This document shows, one piece after another, positions 1-13,300 of a stretch of 64,000 nucleotides of DNA. This DNA is from Botryllus schlosseri (lineage: Eukaryota). The notes beneath the pieces are model-generated. The model ran no database searches. It was not told the origin of the DNA and worked only from the letters and a program-made list of their open reading frames with translations. The stretch covers positions 9,240,001 through 9,304,000 of the forward strand of contig CM119372.1 in the NCBI GenBank assembly GCA_051294905.1. Reading direction: 5' to 3'. The stretch's first letter is position 1, and every line of letters begins with the position of its first letter. The position numbers and the translations under genes were made by a program.

Positions 1-196
1 TGACAGGGGTTGGAAGCCTATTTCGTCAAAGGAGCTATATTTACCCTCTGTTTTCAATTGTGAATATCAATCCCATATGACGTCACAGTTGAATATGCGT
101 GACGTCATGGCATAGAAAAAACATTAAATAACGTGTTTTAAACAAGGGCCTTGTTTTAAGGAAGTGTGTTTTATTTTTGGTTTAAATAAAACCCAA
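1..196. mobile_element. Right end of family-A hAT-type MITE, truncated by the window edge
   Basis: Shares ggaagcctatttcgtcaaaggagctatatttaccc and tatgacgtcac blocks with the copies at 50864-51302 and 60672-61169, and in inverted orientation with 5529-6011. Confidence 0.8.
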
Positions 197-945
197 CAAG
201 CAAGGGGAATTTACACTGCCGCGCCACTTATAAATTCTGTGAGTCTCGCAAAATCGACTCGTTCAATTTATTTTCAATTTATTGTGATACGTGGAAGCGG
301 GACCTACGAAATTTTTAGGCCCTGGTGGGAGCAATTTCATTATTATCATTGATCCATAAAACCAAGCACAAAATGAATTCAAGAATTGACTTTAGAATTG
401 GCTTTGCAACTGCAATCCGGAAAACGATTTGTCTTTCAAAACAATAAATTGGTACTGAGCAACGATCGAGCCACAAATTGTGCTTATTGTCATACGTCGT
501 TCTGACATTTGGAAGAAGAATAAAATCTCATCGAAGGTGAATTTTTTTCTTTCTTCCAAATATTTTGCGAAGCGAAATATTACGTAAAAATGTCCTCGAG
601 GGCCACAGAAAAGTCGTTTGCAGTAGCTTGCCCAGCCCTGATCTACCTCACTGAACTCATCGATCACCAACCAAGCAAGTGTATTATACAGCCCTTGAGC
701 TATATACACATAAGCTACATTGGTTGGACGCTTACTAATTTGACGCAAGATATATTATAATTTTGGCAGATCGCATTGAACAAACAGGAGGCTATTCACA
801 CGGATCAGCATTTTATTTCCTTTTCACCACAAACATGCGTGCCAGCTAGTTACCACCTTTGCAATTACATTTCATTCATTCGTTACCATACCGTATTAGG
901 CTTACTTCTTCCACCCTTTCTCATGGGAGTTATTGTTGCTTTCAG

Positions 946-2858
946 GTTCCGATCATGAAGATCGCGCATCGTATGAATACGATAACTTCAACATCGACCT
1001 GACCTTTTCGATCGAAAATACCACGAATCAACCAGACAAAGGCAATGGTCGGTCGATACGAAGGCAGTCCAGCAAAAAGAAAGAAATATCGGACAACCAA
1101 CTCGAACCTGATGAGATGATGACTAAAACAAAGTCAATAAAAGTTCAGCAGATCGCTATCCAGTCTCACCAGACTCAACCCGCGCAGGCACCGCAAGACG
1201 CTAAACAGACGTCCATCAAAAGTAAATTACGACTTACGCGCACATTATCGTTTGATAACGTTATCCATCAATCACGTTCATCGAGACACCCATCATTCTT
1301 GTTGAAGCACGACACACCAAGCGGGAAAGAAAAACACGCAAGTTACGACGCGGGAAGTCAGATCATGGAAAATTACACCGATCAACTTCAATATAGCGCC
1401 GGAACGCCGAGACCAACTAAAGGAAAACGTGTGAGGTCGTTTTTTCGTCGGCTCGCCGGCTCCCTTGAAAGTTTGCTCGGAATCAGAAGAAAATCAGGGT
1501 ACAGCCACGACTCACAAGAGATAATGACACCTAGTCCGCCGGGGCCAGATCGGCCCGGGAAAACAAGTCACAATTCGTATGATACATCGCACAACGAACA
1601 AAGCTCCGAGAAAGTAGCGTCCACAGAAGCCACTGTGTCAAGTCAAGGATACGACATCTTGAACGCTACTGTACCGCCGTCAGGAAGCCGACAAAATCCC
1701 ACAGCCAATTCACCCGACGATATTATATCATTCTATCGCGGAAAGCGACTATATACGCCTCGCGATCCTTCGACGTTATCAATCACTTCTCTTGTCACCC
1801 CGACTCCACCTCGAAAACCCACTAACAAACGCCACAGAGGGCTGCGACAAGCTGGGGGCAGGCGGCGTCGCCACATTCGGCGTGGAAGCCATCCCGAGTT
1901 CACGGACGCATCCAATGACTGGGAGACGAGAAGCGACACTGATTCAGAAGGATATGCGTTTCAAAGTAACCGGCTGAAATCGCGGAACGACTCTTCCCCG
2001 TCTGATTTCTCCGACAAAGTAGACGACGCAGGCGAAGAATACCAAGCTGCAGCTACAGAACCAATATCAAAACGGAGTATTCCGGTTAAGATATCAGAAT
2101 TCCGACCGCCGTCTGGTGACTATAATATACAAATGCGCACAAGCAGGCAGCGTTCCAAGGAAAGTACCAGAAACAAAGGTCCTATGAGGGCGCTGCAATC
2201 GAACCTAGAGAGCACCATGAGTCGATCGGAATCAACCGGGAAATTCGATAAGAATTCCAAGCGACATATCAAGCGTAAGATTCGCAGAAGAAATTCGTCA
2301 TTCGTTCCATGTAAAGATCCCCAATCGCCGATGCTCGTTAGCAGTCCCGCATTGCAAGAAGCGATGTCGTTCGAACGAATTATGAGCGATATCAATGAAC
2401 TGGCTGACACTCTCGACAAAGTCAGCATGTCCAGCAACCAGCAGCTACACGGCAGCAGTAACAAAGTGTCGTGTCAGGACGCGAATGCAAAAATCGAACG
2501 TGACACATCGGAATCCAAGGACAAGTCGCCCGGTCAAACGTCGCCTCGGCAGAGCCAACTGTCGCGAAATGAATCGTGGGTCGGCAAAGTATCAAGCAGA
2601 CTGGATATTCTGATCGAGCCGAAAGATGGCGAATCAAAGGCCAAGGTCGCTTCCAACGATGCCAATGATGTGGAAAAACCAGGCCCTCAATCTGAGTCGC
2701 AGAATTCCAGTCGCGTGCGAATAAAAAAGCGGAAATCAAACGTAATACGAAAGGAGAAAGTCTCGTTCGATGAGCTTGAGAACGATTTCAGAAAATTTGC
2801 GCAAGAAGTGAGGGGGCGCATGCGAAGCACTGAAAAAGTCAACGCAGTCGGATCTTAA
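946..2858 (+). CDS. Large terminal coding exon of an unknown, probably intrinsically disordered Ser/Arg/Lys-rich protein; upstream exons not identified
   Basis: 1.9-kb open frame ending TAA at 2856-2858. It is preceded by the acceptor tgttgctttcag (ends 945). The track's start codon at 933 is TTG, not ATG. No recognisable globular domain. Confidence 0.75.
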
Positions 2859-4377
2859 GTCAGCTAACAAATGTAAGTTGAACGTTCGTCAATACGCCCA
2901 GACTGTAACTGGTGGGAGACACCGTGGATGCCTGTCAGAAAATGAATATATTTGCATTATTCGGGGTGATTTTAAGAAGAAAGAGTATCGGATCATGCTC
3001 ATGTATCACCAATATGCAATCGGTTGGATAACAATGATTTCCCATCGACCCGAAGATGCAACGGATGCTTCGGAAAGAAGGCTTTGGTGTCTTGTTGCTG
3101 GTTCTTCACAATTTGAAGAAACTCACAACTCGGGATTTTATCGATTCCAATTCTCAGCTGAAGCAATTTGTGTTTTCGTTTCTAATATACACTGCGCGTA
3201 TACATGGATCGACTTGATATATTAATTGCTCTGATTCCCAAACAATCTCATTACTAACTACCGATATGGCTTGTACGAACCGTGTACGAGACGTGTCTCG
3301 TAAAAATATCAATCATATTTTCTTCATAGTCCTCGACTAATTTTCGAACGGACACTTCTATGATTAAATACCGTTCTATGTATCTGTCACACGCTACGGT
3401 GGGAGCGAGTTTCGTCCTCGACAATGGTGGATTTTGACATCATTTTATTGGCACGACAGCATCCAAATGTCTATAGTATTACCGATGATTTTGTGTACGT
3501 ATTTGAAGTGACCAATATCAACTGACTTCGCAACACGCAGGTTAATAACATTGACTGCCCTGCCAGAGTCATGAGTCTTCCGCATATCGAGTATCGTTCA
3601 TGATGTAAGCGTTCCCAAATTATATATGCTATCGTACTTCACGGATCCAATTTTTATATTCAATACAAACGCCACTGGTGTTCCGTCGAAAACTGCGAGT
3701 CTCTGTGTAATTTTAAGTACTCGGTGTCTCTCTTTCGCCGTCAATTGCTACTTAACGATCCATTCAAGGGTGTTGTACAAACACGGAGATCCTGTTCCCT
3801 ATCTACACAATGTTAACGTGGCCACGAGTTTTACAATATCAGATTTGGGAGAAGATGAAGATGAATTGCAGATGACCTCCATGTAAAATGAGGACTTTGA
3901 GGAGGTCTACATGAGTGTGCGTAGGCGAGGGTGCGCTGATACGAAATCGATTTGTTGCGAAAAGCAAGAAACGCATAAAATGAATGCATAATTAAGTAAA
4001 CTATACTTTAATATCCAGAAACGTAGTAGGATAGCATTATTCGGTGGTTTTAGATAGCAGCAAAGTCGTATATTAGAAATCAAAGTCGTCGTCAGTGACC
4101 TCGCGTGACTATTTGAACACGTGAGTATATATGTAACTGAACTTTAACAACTGTAATATGATATGAATCAGGCCTACTATGCACCTAAGAAAATAGAATG
4201 TGCCGTGGTAACAGAACACGCGATAGAATATGAGGTGAAGCAACAACCTTAGTTGAAAATAGAGCTTGACAGACGGATTCCATGTGTCGAAAAATAGCTT
4301 TTCAAATCTACAGATATCATCGTGAAGAGCGGTATTTCTTTCATCGGTGTCTTATTTCTACAGAGAAATCCATAAAA

Positions 4378-7300
4378 ATGGAACCTGGGGCTACCGCGAA
4401 CACCAGCGCAAGCGCGGATACATCAGAGCCAGGGTAAAACGTTTTGTAGGCCTATCCGTGTTGGCCAGTAGATCACCCGGTGCTTGGAGTAAAATGGCTT
4501 TACAATGAAGTAAAATCCTCTATCATCGCCCAACACATATGATGGTCGATTCAAATTATGTCAGAACAGGTTGATACACCTTAGTCTGCCATAACTCATC
4601 CCAAATTTCGTTTTTTTGTTGTTGTTGGTTGTTATATAATTACGAACACCGCCGGCCGTATTGTAAGTTTTCTTCATTTCCTTTCAGCAAGATGTTCGTC
4701 GGCGGGTTAAACTTGCAAACAACGGCAGGTAAAAGTTTTCGGATTTTTTTTTCAAATATAATTATCATCGCAACCTATATTCGCAGAAGGATTGAAAGAA
4801 TATTTCGCCAAATACGGCGAAGTGTCAGAATCCGTGGTGATGAAAGATCCTGTTACTACGTCCTCAAGGTTTGTTTGCCACGTACGTGCAGTGCATGCAT
4901 CTTGTAATTCAGTAAAAAATCTCATTGTACGACTGCACGAATTGATTTTATGGTTATCGTGATACGATATAGCTTCCACATGCGTTCGCTTGGAAAGCTA
5001 TACGCTATAAATCCAATAGGGTAGGGTTTAATCAAGAGACATCGCCATGCTTTCTTATGTTTGAAACATACCGATGGTGTAAAATGATGGTGTAAAATAG
5101 AGATCCATGATCAATATCATATGCACAGTAGGGTAGGCCTATATGTATAAGCCGTGTCCGTTGACCAACAGCCAACAGTCAGTTATGACTCTCACCTCAA
5201 TATAGCCCATTGAGATAACGAATGGAGTATTTTTCTTTTCGACATAGGCTATTGTCCGATAACGCAATGGGCAGTGCATTAGTAGATCTGCAAGATCCGA
5301 CCGCAGACTTGAAAAATGCTTACAAGACTTCATAATTTAGCCATCGTAACGCTATGAGCATGAGGATAATAGTCTCCTGATATAGTCGCTGAACGCCCAT
5401 AAATTGGGTAACGTACGAAATAAACTCAGACCTTGAAATTTCATTATACAGCTATTCCAGCGAAATATGTCAGTAGTCGACTTTACCCTAATAAAAACTG
5501 CAACCATTTCACGATGCTCACGCACTGCTAGGGTTGTGTTTAAAACAAAAAATCAATTTAAAACTAACATGTTTAAAACATGGCCCTTGTTTAAAACAAG
5601 TTTATTATTTTTATTTTCAATCAATGATGTCACGAATAGTCAATTGTGACGTCATAATGAATTGACATTGACAATTGAAAATATTGGGTTAACATAGCTC
5701 CTTTGACGAAATAGGTTTCCGACGCCTGTCATATACGGATCAAAAATATCTTTTACTAGGACTACATCGTCATGCAGCATTTATACGGTCGGCGGTCATC
5801 AGCATCAGAGCATGCATTCCGTACCAATGATCCCATATCCCAATCCCATATCGTATTAGTCGGCTATATCGGGCGGTAAAGATCCGTAGGCTCATATAAC
5901 ATGATTTTGGAAAGTATTTACACACTTATGGCATAATTTTACACTTTAAAAAAACACAAACTTGTTTTTAATAAGATTTTTGAACAACTATTTGTCTTAA
6001 ATGCAACCCTCCGCACTGAACTTCGATCGGAAGTCGTTTTCAGGTATCTTTCTATAATTTATCATGTTCAAAAGCGTAATAATATACTATACCATTGGCG
6101 CTCGCTAATATCGTGGTGACAACTTCCAGACGTGTTGTTTTTTCGCCGTATCACAGAGGGTTCGGATTCGTCACATTTCAAGATCCCAAAAGTGTCGAAA
6201 AGGTACTAGAGAGCAATCCGCATGGATTGGACCAGAAAATTGTGAGTGAAAACAAGGAGAAAATCGTACTTGCTATACGATAGTGTCAATAGAGAAATAA
6301 TTTTTCCACCTTCTGTAGAGATATACCCATTGTGGCAACAACTTACGTCCTTTTGGAGATCAGAAATTCAGAAAGTTGTTGAATTACGAAACGGATTAGA
6401 ACATTGGGGCTTGATTTGGATATTCTCATACACTTTTTGAATGAGTTTGAGACTTGGATTAAGGAACGGTGCGGGGTCTGTCGCGAATTTGGATTTTGAT
6501 ATCCCTCAAATTCATACCAGAATTTGGATATGAAACTATTGAATCTTATCTGAAGCGTTCAGGCCATTTTGTGTTTTACTTGATGTTTCCAATTTTAGAT
6601 TGACCCCAAGGTCGCCGTACCGAAAAGCAAGAAACCAAAAGTGAGTGTAAGTTTACCTGATCCATTCACACTGGTATTTGCAGCATTGTTCAATGTTCAC
6701 TGTTCACTGAACAGTGTTCAGTGTACCTTTAGTCTTTTTCTAGTCAAACGACGAAAAAACGCATTTTCCATATTTTGGTTGGAACTTAGTCGAACCCCTA
6801 CCTACCTTGTAATCATCTGTCCAAGTCTCCCCTTGCGGCCATGTCAATATAAACCATGAGTTTACAGTAATCTAATGGCTAACTAAATTCATCCCGATTA
6901 AAAGGCAGTATAGTCGCAACATGTTAGAACAGTGAACTCAATAACACTACAATCAACATAATAATGCCACGTTACATACTATTCTTCCTAATTACTAGTC
7001 CAGACTATGTACAAATAACGCATTGAATCCAGAGGTGGTCAGTAACGAAGTACTTCTACTTTTTCGAAGTACTCAGGTAGTTTTCCACTACTCGCGGTAC
7101 TTGCTCAAGTAAATCTGATTTCCGTTACTTTTACTTCTACTTCCTAAAAATTTGTGATCTACTTACTTACTTCTCGCTATTTTCAGTTTGTCAAGTAGAA
7201 GTAGTGTAATCCTTTAATCAGAAAGATAGCCTGACGAATTTTGGGGCTGTTTTCGTGGAGTACCAACATTTATTGATAAAATTTACGTAAAGACCAGAAT

Positions 7301-10300
7301 TTTCGTGGCGCTTCGCGCACAGTACATCTATGGAGTGACAAATATGTTTTCACGAAAGTATCGGTGAATACACTGTAGGTAGCGGGTTGTGTGGTTCCGT
7401 TCACGCGGCATTGTCGCCCATATGAAATATTTCATCATAGTATATATGGCCCATATGTTTGAAACTACCGTTTCGCAATCTATCAATTACCTATCATATC
7501 GTAATCTAGCAGCCCATGGCGTGTGTCCTAATCTGGAAAAGAGCTTCTTGGAGGCACAGAACTTCAATATACAATTGAATATACTATTTAATCTGGGAAA
7601 GTGCGGACTCTGACTTTTTCGTGCGTTAGACCTGTTTTAGCAGAACACCGTTGAAACTTTCTGGACAAAAGACATAAAATATATTTTCCGATTTTTGGAA
7701 GTAGTATTGGTATTTCTCTTTCAATTCTAATCAGTTTCAGTTCTTTTTTTCTGGAGATCATGCATGATGAAGTATAAAAGCAAGTGTAGTAATGCCTCTA
7801 TTTTCTGAAAATATAGCTGCACTATATGACATTTTTACGATCTGATATAGTTTTTATTAACGTAGACTAATCGCTCAAATCAAAGTGTTAACACCGTATC
7901 CGATACAACTTCTCCGTATTGCTCTTCGACTAAACTATGGGCCTTATAATATGGGAGAGGGTGCCATGCTATGATATGTTCTAAGACGGAGTGTACGAGT
8001 AAACAAAGGATAAGTATCGCATTTCCATATAAATACTATTATTTGCATCACATGATGCGGACGAACGATTATGCTGTCAAAAAATACCTCCTGCGATGTA
8101 TCAATATGAATCAAGCTCTCTACAGTCTACACCTTCCGCATTGCTCAATTTGCAGCTTTTGACAGTCCATGCAAACGAATTACGATCGTTTTAACAACTA
8201 CTTACTTAGTTGAGTAGATTTAAAGTCAGTCAATTCTACTTCTACTTCATATAGTTTTATGATGCTTTTAAAACACGTACTTCTACTCGTACTGGAGTAG
8301 ATTTTGCGTCGCTACTTCTACTTCTATTTGAGTAGTTTTATTGACTACTTTGACCGCTTCTGATTGAATCACATAAATGAACGAGCAACTGGAAGAAAAA
8401 TGGATCTGAAACCACGAGAATAACATCGCCACCAATGGCATCAGAGAGCTTTCTTGCTCAACTACACGACGAACAATTTCTCTTCGTTACACACAACTTT
8501 GTTTGCTCGTATCATCCGGATTTTGTGTAAGTTTGCGATAAATCGCAGCTCCTACGATGGTGCAAATTGTGCCGTAATATTGCACCTGTGTATTATACTA
8601 TATACATATTATACAGTTCATTGTTCATGGTTTCACTTGAACTTCAAAACATTCGAAGAGATCAAAGTCTCCGACTGTCAAGGGTAAATCAGCTTTTACT
8701 TGCCAAGAGCCTTTGTTGGTGCATTGGGCGTAAAATCCCCGCCCTGTCATGCTCTATCGTATTCATGTCTGCGATTGAATCGACTCGTTGAATTCAATAA
8801 ATCGGCACTATACTTTTTGATGATCCCTGTTTTGGGTGTGTCCTAGAATTGACTTTCAATAAGGGATTAATTGATAGTAAAACGGATGTATCGAGTATGA
8901 TTCGGTCAGTTACTAGGATCAATTATTTCTGATATTGATATTGGAATGAGCGTTGCAGATTGAGAATAATATTTGCCCTTTCCTGATTTTAACTAAAACT
9001 CAATGATGCAAGTTTGCTACTGATCTAGGCTATTTCAGTGAGCTGGGGCGCGCGGGTCTTTTGTATTTCAAACAGCGGTATGTTATCGTCGTTATGGCGT
9101 CTAATTAGGGTTTGCATTATGACCGTATTTAATGATTTTCGACGTTTTTCCGACTTTGTGCTCGCATCAATCCCGACTTTTGATCGGATGAAACAACTCT
9201 CACCATTAACCAAAACCAACACTTCCTATACTATATAACTGATTCCCCTTGCCGTACCACAATTTACAGCTATATTATTGACGTTTCGTTTAACGTGTGC
9301 AGTGCACGGCGGAAAAAGCAAAACATTCGTAAATCTACTTACATGAATAGTACGGCGGGTTGATGAACTCAATGCAATGTGCCGTATAAGATATTCATCA
9401 TAACCTCTCACGAATTTCAAGATGGGTATATTTGTGGCGCTACGTATCATAAAAGTGATAAAATTCAGACTGTTAAATCAGTGGGTGAGTTAATATTTGC
9501 AGGGCAGTCCCGGATTTACAACAAATCTAGGTGGATTGACCTGTAGACTAGCTGAAAAGAGAGTGAAAAAGACTGAAATTTTATAAATATACGGAACAGC
9601 ACGCGCTGGTATACATAGCCTACGCATCAGAAAATATAGCGCTAATGTCGAGCGAAAGTGAAGTTCAAACCTCATGCGTATACCCTGCTTACGCGACAAC
9701 GTGAAGATCACGGCACACCTGCTTCAAATCATGTCGCCAGTGAAACCTTTGACCTGTGACGCAGGAATCGTATCTCGACGCCGTCAATAGTTTCTCAATA
9801 GTTTCTTCATGCATATTTGCACAGTTAGATAGGTGCAGAATTGCACACAGCGCAATGAAATAGCTCTGATGACGTTTTTGATAACGGGCATTATGTTCCT
9901 TGTGGCACATAAAAGGCAGCATCTGAACTCTGTAAGTCGTTCCTGTTATGACGTAATACAGGAGGCACTCGATTACTCGACTCGAAGTTATGATATTCGA
10001 CTCGGATTGAAATCACTCAGGTAGTCGATTTTGCACAGCCCTTGTCACTACGACCCGGGGATTTGTGAAATGACAAGTTTTATTCTACCGATTGTAGGGC
10101 ATAGGCCTCCCCATATATCGGTGAACGCAGAACAACATGCTTGCACGACTTGACTGAAATTCACCACAATGGGGAGAGTATCGTGTGAACGTAATCCTCT
10201 ACTACGTCAGTGACGCGTATACGAAAAACGTGGAACGTTTTCGTACGATTGCAGATTTACAATACAAAGCTTGGAGGCGACTCCATTTAGGCAGTCTAGC

Positions 10301-13300
10301 GCGTGATTGTTTGATGAGATTCGTTCGATTTATCGGTAGAAATTCGTTCAAAACATAAGACAATCCTACATCATGCCAATATGAACAATGGGGAAGTAAG
10401 TCCTCATTATTCTGAAGAACGCAAGTTGTCTTTAAATGTAACCCGACCGGTCGCGAGAGACCGTTATCTGAAGACTGGTGAGTCGTAAGCTGTCGCGTAA
10501 GGTTTGATGTCAAATATGTACTTTAGAAGATGTCGTTAATGACAAACAAAGGCAGGTAAGCTTACGAGAACAGAACGCAAAAGCCGGGTTGTTTAACGCC
10601 GCATTTGTTGAATCAAGTTTCCCCACTTCAAGTTCTCCCGTGTATCCGGAATGTCGGAGGACATGACCGTTAAAACGGTTGCTTAATAGTCACATTGAGA
10701 AATGAATTATCAGGCGAAATTACTACGGAGAGAGTGCAGATACGCCTGAACGGTGAAACACAGTAGATCGGCATCGCAATGAAGAACGTTGGTGCTTGAA
10801 ATAGCTGAAATATGGTCCTTTGAATAAATAGATATATCAGGGCGTTCCCCGTGCCACTACATGTACGTTTCGAAGCATATTACAATCAGAATATAAAAAA
10901 GATATGCGCATAATGTGTTGTATACTCATAGCAGTTGTTGTAATTCCGACGCCTTGTAATTCATTTCGTAGAAATAGTGACGGTGAGATTAGTTTGTGGG
11001 TCGCAATGTAGATGACGTCCACTATAATGTTCTTGAGCGTCAGGTATGAGAGATGTGACCGCGAGACCCTTTATTTCATATCCTGTTTTGCTAAACAAAG
11101 GTATATTACTTTCCTCGCCAAATAGAATTTAGCCATTGACGCGTCTGTTGAAACCTTCGACGCACAATAGAGCTAGTGAGGTCCTTTCAATTGCCACGCC
11201 GGGTCTTTTGTGAAAAGTACTTCACGGCACTTCTGGCTCACAAATAGGTGTGTTCATCAGAGCTTTGAAAGTAAAGTACGTGGATGGCGGTTCCGCAGTT
11301 TATTGTCGGTCGAGCGCTTTAGCTAATCCAACGACTTTAGCGACGACAAACACGCAGGGGACAGCAGAATTTTTGTACCACGTAGGTCGTTCTATTTGCC
11401 GCAGAATATCCAAAAACTGATACCGATAATTCCAGTGACGAGACCGGTATTTTGTGGTCAACTGACCTTATTCTACGCGATACTGTGCCTGATGACGTTT
11501 TAGAGCTGGTCGAGGGATATTTTATTAATTCAGGATCCCTAAAACTGTGTCTTACGAACTTTAGTAACATAGATATATAGTAGAGTAGCATATAGTAGCT
11601 TGTACACAGATACAATAAATTCATTTACATTCACTGGAGATCCTGCTTGAGGCAAAAGCAAAGTCGCTTGACATAACGGAGCTCAATTCAATAATTTGCA
11701 ATTGAAGAATGGTATGTTTAATGTTTATCCATCGACGTTAGCTTATTCGTTAAATTAGTGTGGGAAGCGCATCGATTAACGTTCAAGGTTTCAGATTTTC
11801 AGTTGGAAGGCGGCGTATATATGTGATGTACTTTGCAAAACGGCTGCATCGTTTGAAGCCGGAACGCCCCATTTGTGCCCCACAGGCTGGATGTAGTTGG
11901 AAGCATTCGATGGGTCATTGGTGCGTTCTCGTGCCCTGTTCTTAACGAATACGCGAGCCTTGCTCGTGTAATTTGTCGAGAAAACTTATCGCCGATTTTC
12001 AGTCGACATAATTGGCGTTAATTATATTCGAATACTTCCTCTCCATGCTATTGAAGCTGCGGCGTGATTAGGAAAAATAATAGTTACATGTTGGACGTAA
12101 TGCGAAGTTTTCTGTCTTGCATCTCAACTTCGCGTCGCCGAAATGACACGCATCGCGAATATACGAAAATTCAGTTAGCGTTAATCAAGTCCAAGGAACT
12201 ATCGTTGTGCTAGGGGCGATGTGATAGTAAGACGATGACTAGAAAATGTAGGCTACTCGTGAGCGAGTGGTGAGGATATAATTACGCATAATTGATAAGT
12301 GATAGTGTCGATGTATGGTTGGTGACGCATATGCCATGAGAGTTGAATATCAAACCTCCAACTCACCACTGCAACTATTTAATTAAGATGGTTACAAGGA
12401 CAAAGAAAGTATTTGTTGGCGGTCTATCTTCGGACACAGTCGCAGACGATTTGCGGGCGCATTTCTCAGCGTTTGGGAAGGTATTATCATTATGTTTACT
12501 ATGAAACATTTAATATGCACCCGGTCTTATCTATCGATTGTAAACGTTATAACGAGATTTTCGCGAGAATTTGTGACTGCATACCGACACGGCAAATACA
12601 GCACTTCACCTTGCACGTTTAAAAACTAGACGGCCCAACTTCGAGCCGCTTTTTCGTCACGGTGTGCCGAGTTGAGCGACACTGCAAACCAAAATACAAA
12701 AAAACTAGTTTACGTCGCAAAAGCTTTTGCGCGGACGCACGCACTATTAGAAACATAGATCGATGAATGGAAACCGGCACGACTCACGTCGGCACAGTTT
12801 TCGTAAAGTGGGTAAATACGCAGTTACGACAACGAGGGTGTGGCGGAATTTGTTCATGCGCTTTTTGTTTGCCAAAGTCAGTCGGAAACATGCGATTGCA
12901 CCGGCTATTGGCTGACTTTATTTCATGAACGTATCGATCAGCGCAATGGTGTGAATTATATGCCAGCAACCTGTGAAGTTTACCCACCAATCGACGTTTT
13001 ACCATGCTGTATACATGTACTAGAGGCCATTTACTTAAAGCCATGTATTGTATACTTATCCAATGCATACCTCTAGGTGGAAGATGCCATGCTGATGTTC
13101 GACAAAGTCACGCACCGCCACCGAGGTAAGTTATTTCCACGCAACACATGTACCATTTTTTGCACACACCATGGAAGGCTTCGTTGTCATTTGCCACGTT
13201 CCGGCGAGCTCAATTATACATGTTTTGTAAGCCGGTGCCTGAAGGGGACCTATCAACTTATAGCGTTCTCATATAGCCTATCGATTTTCAGTCACGCTTC

